Notes: generated from the sequence alone by a model not told the origin. A stretch of 41,472 nt of DNA from Gammaproteobacteria bacterium (GCA_041476585.1 JBGOTT010000001.1:1-41472), one strand, 5' to 3'. Positions 1-8,939 are shown, numbered from the stretch's first letter. Numbers and translations: made by a program.

Positions 1-132
1 CTTTGCATCTGGGCGCGGCGAACGGACCGTTGCTCAGGCCCCTGCCCCTGCCCTACGCTGCGTGACGAATTATTACGTCTGCTACCGCGAGGCGGCAATG
101 CTCGGCGTGGCGCGCAGGACCGAGCGCTTCGT

Positions 133-813
133 ATGTGCCTGATCCTGGTTGCGGTTCGCGTTCATCCCGAATACCCGTTGATCGTCGCAGCCAATCGCGA
201 TGAGTTTCACGCGCGCCCGGCCGAGCGCGCCGCGTTCTGGAAGGACTATCCCGGGATCCTCGCCGGACGGGACCTGCAGGCCATGGGCACGTGGACGGGC
301 ATCTCGCGCGCGGGCCGTTTCGCCGCCGTCACGAACTATCGCGGCGGACGCGATGCGAATGCGGCCGAGTCGCGGGGGTTGCTGGTGACGCGGTTTCTCG
401 AGGATGGTGTTTCCGCTGGCGAATATGTGACCAATGTCGCGCGACGCGGAAGCGATTACAGTGGATTCAACCTGCTCGCAGATGACGGAGACGAACTGTG
501 GTGGTGCTCGAACCGCGGCGGCGAGCCGCGGCGCCTCGAGCCAGGCATCTACGGGCTCGGGAATTTTCTGCTCGATACGCCTGAGGTTTCCGAGAACAAG
601 GCGCAGCTCGCGCGTTCGATCGAAACGGCGCCTTCCGTCGAGCCGCTGTTCGGCGTGCTTGCGGCGGCGAGGATCGTGGCGCCTGAGTACGGCACGCGTT
701 GCTCGACTGTGCTGATCCGCGGGAGCGACGGCCGGCTGCAGTTCGCGGAACGGGAATACGATGCGGGCGGCATTGAAGGAGATACGGTTCGTTTCGAGCT
801 GGGACTCAGATAA
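133..813 (+). CDS. NRDE family protein (TANGO2-like, DUF833)
   Basis: 226-aa ORF starting MCLILVA. It carries the family-defining NRDE motif (VAANRDEF) and has high GC3 coding bias. Confidence 0.85.
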   Translation: MCLILVAVRVHPEYPLIVAANRDEFHARPAERAAFWKDYPGILAGRDLQAMGTWTGISRAGRFAAVTNYRGGRDANAAESRGLLVTRFLEDGVSAGEYVTNVARRGSDYSGFNLLADDGDELWWCSNRGGEPRRLEPGIYGLGNFLLDTPEVSENKAQLARSIETAPSVEPLFGVLAAARIVAPEYGTRCSTVLIRGSDGRLQFAEREYDAGGIEGDTVRFELGLR

Positions 814-901
814 GAACGTCGGGAAAATTTTCTTCAGCGTCGGCGCAATATTCGCATCATCGGCGCCGCGCGGCGGCGAGCACGCGGGAAGCGGCAGCCG
901 G

Positions 902-952
902 CTGTATACATGGCCGGCATTTTGACGGTAAAAATGCTGGCGGTCTATACAG
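902..952 (+). other. 51-nt imperfect hairpin in the convergent NRDE/GNAT intergenic gap
   Basis: Outer arms are CTGTATA (902-908) and TATACAG (946-952). Inner arms are GCCGGCATTTT (913-923) and AAAATGCTGGC (931-941), with one G-U pair if transcribed from the + strand, and a 7-nt loop. It is AT-rich relative to its flanks and has no U-tract. Confidence 0.4.
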
Positions 953-1011
953 ATTGTCCGAGCGCGCCCGGGCCGAGCGCGGCGAGGAATTGGCGGCGCG
1001 AGTTCATTTGA

Positions 1012-1452
1012 TCACCTTCTCGGCGAATCAATCACGAGTCTCCGGCGCATCGCCTGGTGCGGAATGCCCGCGTCCGGGTATACGTTCCCCTCCTCCGCAA
1101 AACCATGTCGTCGGTAGAACCCGAGTGCATGAGTCTGCGCGGAGAGCATCACCTCCCGGTCGCCACGCTCGCGCGCCGCATTGATCAGCGTTTCGAGAAT
1201 TGCGGCTCCAACTCCCTGCCCCCGCCACTCCTTCAGCACCGCCATCCGGCCGATGTGGCCGTCAGGCAACAATCTGCCGGTGCCAACCACTGTTCGGCCT
1301 TCGGTCCGCGCGAGCGCATGCACGCAAACGGCGTCGTTTTCGTCATTCTCGATCTCCACCGGAACGTTCTGCTCCTCGACGAACACCGCGAAACGAATCG
1401 GCGTAGCCTCTTCCTTCGCTTCGCTCCAGGAAACAAGCTCGATCCGCACCAT
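1012..1452 (-). CDS. GNAT family N-acetyltransferase (YjcF-like)
   Basis: Only the C-terminal 146 codons of ORF 1012..1869 look like a protein (MVRIELVSWSEAKEE...). The acetyl-CoA motif RGQGVGAAIL is present. The internal ATG at 1452 was chosen because the upstream part is Arg-rich shadow sequence. Confidence 0.85.
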   Translation of the reverse strand: MVRIELVSWSEAKEEATPIRFAVFVEEQNVPVEIENDENDAVCVHALARTEGRTVVGTGRLLPDGHIGRMAVLKEWRGQGVGAAILETLINAARERGDREVMLSAQTHALGFYRRHGFAEEGNVYPDAGIPHQAMRRRLVIDSPRR

Positions 1453-1473
1453 ATGAAAAGTATAATTCGCTTC

Positions 1474-3444
1474 ATGAAAAGCCTCTGGAACGACACCGAA
1501 GCGGCGCAATTCACCGCGCCGCTCGGCCCGCGCGTCTACACCTCCCGTCTGCTCGGCCGCGACAAAACGCTGGTCCTGCACGGCGGCGGCAACACTTCCG
1601 TCAAGCTGCGCGAAAGGAACTTGTTCGGGGAGGAAGAGGAGATACTGTACGTGAAGGGCAGCGGCTGGGACCTCGAGACCATCGAGGCGGCCGGATTCGC
1701 GCCGGTTCAACTCGGCTATGTGCAACGGCTCGCGCGGTTGCCGAGCCTGTCCGATCCGCAAATGGTGAACGAGCTCGCAACGCACATGCTGCGCGCGAGC
1801 GCGCCTGCGCCTTCGGTCGAGACGCTGCTGCACGCCATCCTGCCGCACCAGTACGTCGATCACACGCACGCCGACGCGGTGCTGTCGGTGTCGAATTCAC
1901 CCGACGGCGAGAACCGCATCCGCGAGATCTACGGCGAACAGGTGGTGGTGATTCCGTACATCATGGCCGGCTTCGATCTTGCGGCGTACTGTGCGCGCGA
2001 GTTCCCGAAACAGGCCGGCGCCGGCACCATCGGCATGGTGCTGCTCTCGCATGGGGTATTTTCGTTCGGCATCGATGCGCGGCAGTCCTACGAGCGGATG
2101 ATCAAGCTGGTGTCGATGGCGGAAGACTACCTCGCTGCGAAGAAGGCGTGGAGCCTGCCGCGGCCGGTGGAGCAAGCCAGGGACATCGATCGCAATGCGA
2201 TCGCCGCGCTGCGGCGCGCGGTCAGCGACAGCGCCGGATTTCCACTGGTCGCCAGGATCAACGATTCGGCGAAATTCCGGGCATTTGCGGCCCGCAGCGA
2301 CGTGGCGCAGCTGTCGCAGCGCGGCCCGGCGACGCCTGACCATGTGATCCGCACCAAGCCGCTGCCGATGCTCGGGCGCGACGTGGACATCTTTGCGAAA
2401 GGCTATCGCGCATACTTCGACCGCCATGCCACGCGCGCGAAGGTAAAGAAAACCATCCTCGACGTGGCGCCACGCATGGCGCTCGACCCGGAGTTCGGAT
2501 TCGCCGCTTTCGGGCGCAGCGCGAAGGACAGCGCGATCGTCGAAGAACTCTACGATCACACCATCGACGTGATTCTGCGCGCCGAGGCGCTTGGCGGATG
2601 GAAGGCGCTCGGCGACAACCACATCTTCGACATCGAGTATTGGGATCTGGAGCAGGCCAAGCTGAACAAAGCCGGTGCAGCACCCGCATTCGCCGGAGAG
2701 ATTGCGCTGGTGACCGGCGCGGCTTCCGGCATCGGCAAAGCATGCGCGGAAGCATTCCTGAAGCGTGGCGCCGCGCTGGTGGGCATCGACCGCAATCGCG
2801 CGATCGAAACACTGTTCAAGCGCCCGGATTTTCTCGGCGTGACCTGCGATCTCACCGACGTGCTCGCCGTACGGCGCGCGCTGGATGCTGCCGTCGAGCG
2901 CTTCGGCGGGGTGGACATGCTGGTGCTCAACGCCGGTATCTTCCCCTCCTCCGCGCCGATTGCCAGCCTGCCCGACGATTCGCTGCGAAATGCGCTTGCG
3001 GTAAACGTCGAGGCGCCGATGGCCCTGATGCGCGAATGTCACCCGCTGCTCAGGCTTGCGCCGCGCGGCGCACGCGTGGTGGTGATCGGCTCGAAAAATG
3101 TTCCCGCCCCGGGCCCGGGCGCGGGTGCGTATTCCGCGTCCAAGGCGGCGATGAACCAGCTCGCGCGCGTCGCCGCGCTGGAATGGGCGAAAGACGGCAT
3201 TCGCGTCAACATCATTCACCCGAACGCGGTGTACGACACCGCGCTGTGGACGGAAGAAGTGCTTGCCTCGCGCGCCAAGGCCTACGGCATGAGCGTCGCG
3301 CAGTACAAGACCAACAACCTGCTCAAGACCGAAGTGTCCGCCAGGGACGTGGCCGAGCTCGCAGCGGAAATGTGCGGAGCGCTGTTCGCCAAGACCACCG
3401 CGGCGCAGGTGCCGGTGGACGGCGGCACCGAGAAGTTGGTGTGA
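1474..3444 (+). CDS. bifunctional class II aldolase / short-chain dehydrogenase (YuxG/RhaEW-type fusion)
   Basis: Starts [13 protein letters not shown]. The N-terminal aldolase/adducin-type domain has GGGNTSVK and [11 protein letters not shown]. The C-terminal SDR has [10 protein letters not shown] and YSASKAA. An alternative in-frame ATG lies at 1453. The part of ORF 1057..3444 upstream of these starts overlaps the GNAT gene. Confidence 0.85.
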   Translation: MKSLWNDTEAAQFTAPLGPRVYTSRLLGRDKTLVLHGGGNTSVKLRERNLFGEEEEILYVKGSGWDLETIEAAGFAPVQLGYVQRLARLPSLSDPQMVNELATHMLRASAPAPSVETLLHAILPHQYVDHTHADAVLSVSNSPDGENRIREIYGEQVVVIPYIMAGFDLAAYCAREFPKQAGAGTIGMVLLSHGVFSFGIDARQSYERMIKLVSMAEDYLAAKKAWSLPRPVEQARDIDRNAIAALRRAVSDSAGFPLVARINDSAKFRAFAARSDVAQLSQRGPATPDHVIRTKPLPMLGRDVDIFAKGYRAYFDRHATRAKVKKTILDVAPRMALDPEFGFAAFGRSAKDSAIVEELYDHTIDVILRAEALGGWKALGDNHIFDIEYWDLEQAKLNKAGAAPAFAGEIALVTGAASGIGKACAEAFLKRGAALVGIDRNRAIETLFKRPDFLGVTCDLTDVLAVRRALDAAVERFGGVDMLVLNAGIFPSSAPIASLPDDSLRNALAVNVEAPMALMRECHPLLRLAPRGARVVVIGSKNVPAPGPGAGAYSASKAAMNQLARVAALEWAKDGIRVNIIHPNAVYDTALWTEEVLASRAKAYGMSVAQYKTNNLLKTEVSARDVAELAAEMCGALFAKTTAAQVPVDGGTEKLV

Positions 3445-4424
3445 GCGCCGTCCAGGCCGTCCGTTGGACGGGCGACACGCTCGAGCTGCTCGACCAGCGC
3501 CTGCTGCCCGAACGCAAGATCTACGTCACGTGCAGGAGCGCGGGCGACGTCGCGCAGGCGATCCGCGACATGGTGGTACGCGGCGCGCCGGCGATCGGTT
3601 GCGCGGCGGCCTTCGGCCTCGCGCTGGAGGCGAAACGCGGGGGCGACCTCGCCGCAGCGCAGACAACCCTCGCTGCCAGCCGTCCAACCGCGGTCAATCT
3701 CTTCTGGGCGCTGGAGCGCATGCATGGCGTTGCGAACGCGACAGCAGAGGCGATCGCCATCTTCGAAGAAGACCTTGCCGCGTGCAGGCGCATGGGCGAA
3801 CTTGGCGCGGCGCTGGTCCCGGACGGGTCGCGCATCATGACCCATTGCAACGCCGGCGCGCTCGCGACGGCCGGTCACGGTACCGCGCTCGGCGTCATCC
3901 GCTCCGCGCGGGATGCAGGCAAGAAGGTCTCGGTGCTGGTAAACGAAACGCGCCCCTACCTGCAGGGTGCGCGCCTCACCGCCTGGGAATTGATCGAGGA
4001 AAACATTCCGGCCACGCTTATCACCGACAACATGGCCGGCCACCTGATCAGCCGAGGCGAGGTGGACCTCGTCATCGTCGGCGCCGACCGCATCGCAGCC
4101 AATGGCGACACGGCCAACAAGATCGGCACTTACACGCTCGCCGTGCTCGCCCAACGACATGCGGTGCCGTTCTACGTTGCGGCACCGGTTTCGACTTTCG
4201 ACGCGAGCATCGCCGACGGCAGCGCAATCCCCATCGAAGAGCGCCCTGCCGGAGAAGTACTGGGATACCGCGGGACGCGCTGGGCGCCCGAGGGTGTGCG
4301 CGTGCGCAATCCTGCATTCGATGTAACGCCGGCCGGACTGATCACCGCGATCGTTACGGAGCGCGGTGTGCTGCAGCGCCCCGACCGCGCGGGCGTTGCG
4401 GCACTGCTTGCCGGGAACGCTTGA
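3441..4424 (+). CDS. mtnA: S-methyl-5-thioribose-1-phosphate isomerase
   Basis: Sequence [80 protein letters not shown] is the eIF-2B/MtnA family. The GTG start at 3441 overlaps the upstream TGA (3442-3444). Confidence 0.9.
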   Translation: MSAVQAVRWTGDTLELLDQRLLPERKIYVTCRSAGDVAQAIRDMVVRGAPAIGCAAAFGLALEAKRGGDLAAAQTTLAASRPTAVNLFWALERMHGVANATAEAIAIFEEDLAACRRMGELGAALVPDGSRIMTHCNAGALATAGHGTALGVIRSARDAGKKVSVLVNETRPYLQGARLTAWELIEENIPATLITDNMAGHLISRGEVDLVIVGADRIAANGDTANKIGTYTLAVLAQRHAVPFYVAAPVSTFDASIADGSAIPIEERPAGEVLGYRGTRWAPEGVRVRNPAFDVTPAGLITAIVTERGVLQRPDRAGVAALLAGNA

Positions 4425-4499
4425 TGAAGCTCACCCCTGATGCCACACCACCAGCCGCCGCGCGCCGACCCAGCGCTCGATTGCCATAATGTGACGACG

Positions 4500-6497
4500 A
4501 TGCAATTGATCCGGATCTGCGCGAATTTCTGTCTGCTGCCATTCGTCGCAGGCTGCATTGTCTCGGCCGATCATCCGGCGCTCAAGGACGCGGCGTTGCC
4601 TGCGCTCATCCAGGCGCACCGCTTCGCCTATCACGGCACTGTAAATGGCGGCTATCAGCTCTCACCCGACGGCCTGAAACTGGCTTGGATCGGACCATCG
4701 CTGATGCGCAGCGCCCTGTTCGTGCGCGACCTTCGAACGAACGAAGTGCAGAAATATCGCGCCCTGTCGGGGGATTTCCGCTGGACCCCCGACAGCCGTC
4801 GGCTCTTGTATGGGGGCGGCGACACCTCAGGCGCCGAAAACCCGCACGTCTATATGCTCGACCTCGCCGATGCGGCGGCTGAGCCGGTGGACCTGACGCC
4901 CTATCCCGGCGTCAGGGCCGGCATCCACCAGATCGTCGCCGGGGATCCGGATCACGTGCTCGTTTACCACAACCGGCGCGACCGCAAACTGAACGATCTG
5001 TACCGCATCGACCTCAATACGCATCGGGAGGCGCTGGTCGGGCGCAATCCCGGAGACGCGGTTTCACCGGTCACCTCAGCTGACGGCAGCCTCCAGCGCT
5101 GGCAGAAGTCGCGCGAGGCGCAACGCCCCGCCGAGGAACGGCGCCAACCGCTTGCGGTGCGCCGGCCGGCGCTCGTGAAAAAGCCCGATGAAATCTTCCG
5201 CGTGCTTGGTTCAAGCGCGGACCGCTCGTTCGTATGGGCGCTGTCCAACCGCGGGCGCGAGCGCATCGCGCTGGTCGTCGCGCACCCGACGCTCGGCTGG
5301 GAGCGGGTCGTGTTCGAGGACCCGAACGTGGATGTGAGCGGTGTACTGATGAGCCGCATCACGCACGACCCGCTGATCGCGTATGCGCAGCCCGGTTACC
5401 CGCGGTCCGCGATCCTCGATGCGAAGTTGCGCGAGGACCTCGACGGGCTCGTAAAGGCGCAGGGGTACCGCCCGTTCGGGCTCGAGATCGTAAGCACGGA
5501 CGAATCCGAGAATCGTATGGTCGTATCGGTTTACACCGATGCCCAGCGAAGCTACTACCTGGTCGACCGATCGAGCGGCAGCTACGCGCTGCTCGCCCAG
5601 AGCGTCGCGCAGGACCTCGCCCAGGCGCTGGTGCCGATACAACCGGTCGCGTTTGCGAGCCGCGATGGACTGCTGCTGCACGGCTATCTCACGCTGCCCC
5701 GCGGCGTCGAGCCGAAACGGCTGCCCATGGTGCTGATCGTGCACGGCGGTCCGTGGTTGCACACCAGCTGGGGCGACCCGATGCGATCGGAACATGCGGC
5801 CGACGCGCAATTCCTCGCCAATCGCGGCTACGCGGTGCTGCAGGTGGACTTCCGCGGCTCGACCGGGTACGGGCACAGCTTTCTCACCGCCGCGATTGGC
5901 GAATTCGCGGGCAAGATGCAGGACGACCTGCTCGATGCCGTGCGTTGGGCGGTGGACCGCGGCATCGCCGATCCTGCGCGCGTTGCGGTGATGGGCTGGA
6001 GCTATGGCGGCTACGCCGCGTTGGTCGGACTCACCACGACACCGGAAGTGTTCGCCTGCGGCGTATCGCTCGGCGGCCCGACGGATCTCGCGTCACTGGT
6101 CGAAGCGTTCCCGCCCTATTGGACGGTGGATTTGTCGACGTGGCACGACTATGTCGGCAACCCGGCCAATCCGGAAGACCGCAAGGAAATGACGCTCAAA
6201 TCACCGCTGTCCCATGCGCAGATGCTGCAGCGGCCGGTGCTGATCGTGCATGGCGCGAAGGATGTGCGCGTCAGGATCGAGCAGGCCGAGCGCATGGTGG
6301 ACGCGCTGCGCCGCGCGGGCAAGCCGGTCGAGTATCTGGCGATCGAGGACATGGGCCACGGCATGGGATGGTGGGTGCACCGGCTCGCGGTCATGCGCCG
6401 GACCGAGGACTTCCTGCAGCGATGCATCGGGGGGCGCGCGAGCCGCTTCGACCCGTTCGATGCGGTGTCATGGGTGTGGACCCGGGTCAGTGGATGA
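4500..6497 (+). CDS. S9 family peptidase (prolyl oligopeptidase/acylaminoacyl peptidase-like) lipoprotein
   Basis: ATG at 4500 gives MQLIRICANFCLLPFVAGC, which has a lipobox (VAGC). An N-terminal propeller-like region is followed by an alpha/beta hydrolase domain with GWSYGG (Ser), HGAKDVRV (Asp) and MGHGM (His). Confidence 0.85.
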   Translation: MQLIRICANFCLLPFVAGCIVSADHPALKDAALPALIQAHRFAYHGTVNGGYQLSPDGLKLAWIGPSLMRSALFVRDLRTNEVQKYRALSGDFRWTPDSRRLLYGGGDTSGAENPHVYMLDLADAAAEPVDLTPYPGVRAGIHQIVAGDPDHVLVYHNRRDRKLNDLYRIDLNTHREALVGRNPGDAVSPVTSADGSLQRWQKSREAQRPAEERRQPLAVRRPALVKKPDEIFRVLGSSADRSFVWALSNRGRERIALVVAHPTLGWERVVFEDPNVDVSGVLMSRITHDPLIAYAQPGYPRSAILDAKLREDLDGLVKAQGYRPFGLEIVSTDESENRMVVSVYTDAQRSYYLVDRSSGSYALLAQSVAQDLAQALVPIQPVAFASRDGLLLHGYLTLPRGVEPKRLPMVLIVHGGPWLHTSWGDPMRSEHAADAQFLANRGYAVLQVDFRGSTGYGHSFLTAAIGEFAGKMQDDLLDAVRWAVDRGIADPARVAVMGWSYGGYAALVGLTTTPEVFACGVSLGGPTDLASLVEAFPPYWTVDLSTWHDYVGNPANPEDRKEMTLKSPLSHAQMLQRPVLIVHGAKDVRVRIEQAERMVDALRRAGKPVEYLAIEDMGHGMGWWVHRLAVMRRTEDFLQRCIGGRASRFDPFDAVSWVWTRVSG

Positions 6498-6508
6498 GGG
6501 AGGCTTCC

Positions 6509-6892
6509 ATGGCGGCGTTCACGAAAATTGTGCTGTACACCGATCGCGACGGTCGCGCGAAGTTCCGCGAAGAACAGGTGCCGCTGCCCGAAGGCACGCC
6601 GCAGGCCATGCTCTCGGCTGTATACCCCTCGGCCGGCTATCAATTGCGCCACAGCCCGGCCGGATTTCGCAGCCAGTTCCACTGCACGCCCGCGCCACAG
6701 TGGGTTTTCATCCTCGCCGGAGAAATGGAGATCGGCCTGCAGGACGGCAGCTCGCGCCTGTTCAAGCCGGGGGAGCACTTTTTTTCCGCCGACGTGCTTC
6801 CCGAAGGGGCGACCCCGGATCCCAAGCTGCACGGCCACTGGAGCGCGCAGCGCGGCCCGGACCCGCTGGTGACGTTGTTCGTGAAGGCCTGA
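6509..6892 (+). CDS. cupin-like small protein
   Basis: These are the last 127 codons of ORF 5234..6892 (MAAFTKIVLYTDRDG...GEMEIGLQDGSSRLFKPGEHFF). A GAGGGAGG Shine-Dalgarno lies about 6 nt upstream. An alternative ATG at 6494 overlaps the peptidase stop. Confidence 0.6.
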   Translation: MAAFTKIVLYTDRDGRAKFREEQVPLPEGTPQAMLSAVYPSAGYQLRHSPAGFRSQFHCTPAPQWVFILAGEMEIGLQDGSSRLFKPGEHFFSADVLPEGATPDPKLHGHWSAQRGPDPLVTLFVKA

Positions 6893-6904
6893 CCCGGGTC
6901 AAGC

Positions 6905-8569
6905 CTAGGCGCCGAAGCCGTCCGCCACGCGGATGTCCACGAGGTTTGGTTTGCCGCTCGCGAAGGCCTCGCGCAACGCCGCAGCGATGTCCTGCGGATC
7001 GGTGACCCGCCGTGTGGCGAGTCCGAACGACCGACCGAGATGCACGAAATCGATCTCGGGGTCGCGCAGGTCCATGCCGGTGAAATTGCTGGTGCCGCGC
7101 ATCGCCACCAGCCGCTCCTTGATGATCCGATAGCTGCGGTTGTTGGCGATGATGTAGGTGATCGGCAGCTTGTGGTGCGCCGCAGTCCACAAACCCTGCA
7201 CGCCGTACATTGCGCTGCCATCGCCCACTACTGCAACCACCGGCCGTCCGGGCAATGCCAGGCTCACGCCGATGGCGCCGGGGATCGCGAAGCCCAGGCC
7301 TCCGCTCGCCAGTCCGAAGAACGACTTCGGATCGCGCAAAGGCAGAAATCCGGCCAGCGAAACGGTCGAGGTCAGTCCCTCCTCGACCACCACCGCATCC
7401 TCCGGCAGTGTCTCGGTGAAGCGCAGCATCAGGTATTTCGGATCGATGGGTGCCGTCTCCGCCGCGAGCATGGCCTCGATGCGCGCCGTGTCGCGCTGCG
7501 CGCTCCAGTTGCGGGGCCTGATTTCAACGAGCCGCTGTTCGGCACCGGCGGCGTGGCGGGCCGAGCGTCTTGCGCGCAGCAGCGGCAGCAGGGCGCGCAG
7601 CGTTTCCCTGACGTTCGCCTGCACGGCCAGATCCGTGCGGTAGTTCTTGCCGAGTTCCCAGCTGCGCTCCGAAAGATGAATCACCGGAAGGTTTTCTGGA
7701 AGCGGCTCCACCGGACTGTAGACCGACATGCGAAGCAGATCGGCGCCGACGCAGAACAGCAGGTCGTAGGCTTCGAGAACGCCGCGCACCTGTTTCTGCG
7801 CGCGCGTGAGCGAGCCCATGAACGCCGGGTGCTCGCTGGGGTATTGCGCGCTGTAGGGGACCGGCGACTGGTAGACCGGGGCGCCCAGCAACTCGGCCAG
7901 TTCGATCGCCTCGCCAAACGCGTCGTGCGTGGCGAGTTCCTGTCCGGCGACGATCACCGGGCGTCGTGCCGCGAGCAGCATCTCGGCGAGCCGCTCGAGC
8001 GTCGCATCCGAGGGCCGGGTGAAGGCATCCACGCGCACCGGGCGGCCCATCTCGAGGTCGAGCGTCTGGTCGAGAACGTCGCCCGGCAGGCTCATGAACA
8101 CCGGACCGGTCGGCGGCGTCAGCGCGACCTTGGCCGCGCGATGCAGGATGCGCGGCAGGTCTTCGGCGCGCGTAACGTCCACCGCCCACTTGACCATCGG
8201 CAGTGCGATCGGCACCAGCGGGTCGTACAGCAGCGGCTCCAACAGCCCGTGTCCTTGCTCCTGCTGGCCCGCCGTGAGGATGACCGGCGAGCCCGAAAAT
8301 TTCGCGTTATAGAGCGCGCCCATCGCGTTGCCGAGCCCCGGTGCAACGTGAACATTGGCCGCGGCAAGGCGCCCGGAGGCCCGGCAGAATCCGTCGGCCA
8401 TCGCCACGACCACTGCCTCGTGCAAGCCGAGCACGAATTGCAACTGGGGGAAATCGGGGACCACTTCCATGATCGGAAGTTCGGTGGTGCCCGGATTGCC
8501 GAACAGGTGGGTAACGCCTTCGTCGACCAGCAACTGCAGGAAGGCCGCTCGGCCAGTGGTGCGACGCAT
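6905..8569 (-). CDS. thiamine diphosphate-dependent enzyme, benzoylformate decarboxylase-like
   Basis: LFGNPGTTELP and GLGNAMGALYNA near the N-terminus, and the ThDP motif GDGSAMY-x24-NN (IIANNRSY), resemble MdlC/acetolactate-synthase-family proteins. ATG at 8569 is preferred. The GTG at 8581 used by the ORF track is an alternative. Confidence 0.85.
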   Translation of the reverse strand: MRRTTGRAAFLQLLVDEGVTHLFGNPGTTELPIMEVVPDFPQLQFVLGLHEAVVVAMADGFCRASGRLAAANVHVAPGLGNAMGALYNAKFSGSPVILTAGQQEQGHGLLEPLLYDPLVPIALPMVKWAVDVTRAEDLPRILHRAAKVALTPPTGPVFMSLPGDVLDQTLDLEMGRPVRVDAFTRPSDATLERLAEMLLAARRPVIVAGQELATHDAFGEAIELAELLGAPVYQSPVPYSAQYPSEHPAFMGSLTRAQKQVRGVLEAYDLLFCVGADLLRMSVYSPVEPLPENLPVIHLSERSWELGKNYRTDLAVQANVRETLRALLPLLRARRSARHAAGAEQRLVEIRPRNWSAQRDTARIEAMLAAETAPIDPKYLMLRFTETLPEDAVVVEEGLTSTVSLAGFLPLRDPKSFFGLASGGLGFAIPGAIGVSLALPGRPVVAVVGDGSAMYGVQGLWTAAHHKLPITYIIANNRSYRIIKERLVAMRGTSNFTGMDLRDPEIDFVHLGRSFGLATRRVTDPQDIAAALREAFASGKPNLVDIRVADGFGA

Positions 8570-8590
8570 TGAGGTGGACACCGTTCGCCT

Positions 8591-8630
8591 GAAAAATGAA
8601 ACGCCCCGGGCGCTTTCGCGCTTCGGGGCG
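8591..8630 (-). terminator. strong intrinsic terminator immediately upstream of the ThDP enzyme start
   Basis: The minus strand reads CGCCCCG-AA-GCGC-GAAA-GCGC-C-CGGGGCG followed by TTTCATTTTTC. That is 7 + 4 bp of GC pairs with a GNRA loop. The U-tract ends about 10 nt before the GTG at 8581. Confidence 0.6.
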
Positions 8631-8652
8631 CTTGGTGCTACGGCATGCCGGC

Positions 8653-8736
8653 TTAGTGGCTGGCGATGCTCCTTGACCTGCGAGTTGATCCGCCGATTGA
8701 GCCCAGCCCGCCAGCACTGCCTTGGTTGTCTCTCAC
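8653..8736 (-). CDS. candidate 27-codon leader sORF (MRDNQGSAGGLGSIGGSTRRSRSIASH)
   Basis: GTG at 8736 lies 7 nt downstream of the GGAGG core of a perfect extended Shine-Dalgarno. TAA stop at 8653-8655. GC3 bias is weak, so coding is not proven. Confidence 0.25.
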   Translation of the reverse strand: MRDNQGSAGGLGSIGGSTRRSRSIASH

Positions 8737-8751
8737 TGGATCACCTCCTTT
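8736..8751 (-). promoter_or_regulatory. extended Shine-Dalgarno: 16-nt perfect complement of the 16S rRNA 3' tail
   Basis: The minus strand reads AAAGGAGGTGATCCAG. The + strand reads CTGGATCACCTCCTTT, which is identical to the canonical bacterial 16S 3' end. Confidence 0.45.
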
Positions 8752-8780
8752 TGTAGTTGCCAGGCTCCAGTGTAGCAAAA

Positions 8781-8939
8781 TCACAGTGAATCGAGCAGGA
8801 TCTGCATCGTCTGATCAGCCCAATATTCGGGGTCCTTTTCGATCTTGGCTTCGCCCTTGGCGATCACCTCGGCGCCCAGATCGTGGCGCTCGCAGAAGTC
8901 TCGCCAGTACTGCTTCACTTCTTCGGCGGTCATCATCAT
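8781..8939 (-). CDS. small hypothetical protein (52 aa, MMMTAEEVKQYWRDFCERHDLGAEVIAKGEAKIEKDPEYWADQTMQILLDSL)
   Basis: Strong GC3 bias within this segment of ORF 8781..9095. There are three consecutive ATGs at 8931-8939 and an alternative ATG at 8999 (72 aa). No family was recognised. Confidence 0.5.
   Translation of the reverse strand: MMMTAEEVKQYWRDFCERHDLGAEVIAKGEAKIEKDPEYWADQTMQILLDSL

Noticed and set aside
2-141. Possible 3' end of an upstream gene in frame 2 (..RCVTNYYVCYREAAMLGVARRTERFVCA, TGA at 139-141)
   Set aside because: Only 46 codons are visible, GC3 bias is modest and no family was recognised. That is insufficient to call.
902-917. LexA/SOS box beginning CTGTATAC
   Set aside because: The CTGT-N8-ACAG spacing is not met. 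The 8 nt after CTGT are followed by CCGG. The matching TATACAG half lies 44 nt away and belongs to a hairpin.
1897-3219. 440-aa minus-strand ORF and other long antisense ORFs (7040..8572, 10926..11930, 33025..34548, 34778..36130, 39923..41407)
   Set aside because: Each is the antisense or off-frame shadow of a gene with clear family motifs. They have Arg/Pro/Gly-rich low-complexity translations and no recognisable domains.
5234-6508. N-terminal 425 codons of the 552-aa ORF 5234..6892
   Set aside because: This part is an out-of-frame overlap with the S9 peptidase gene. Only the last 127 codons (cupin-like, with its own Shine-Dalgarno) look real.
8736-8752. Possible 16S rRNA gene fragment (CTGGATCACCTCCTTTT on the + strand)
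   Set aside because: Only the terminal 16 nt match. The upstream flank (tgtctctca) does not resemble the 16S 3' domain, and no rRNA or ITS sequence follows. It is interpreted instead as an extended Shine-Dalgarno on the minus strand.
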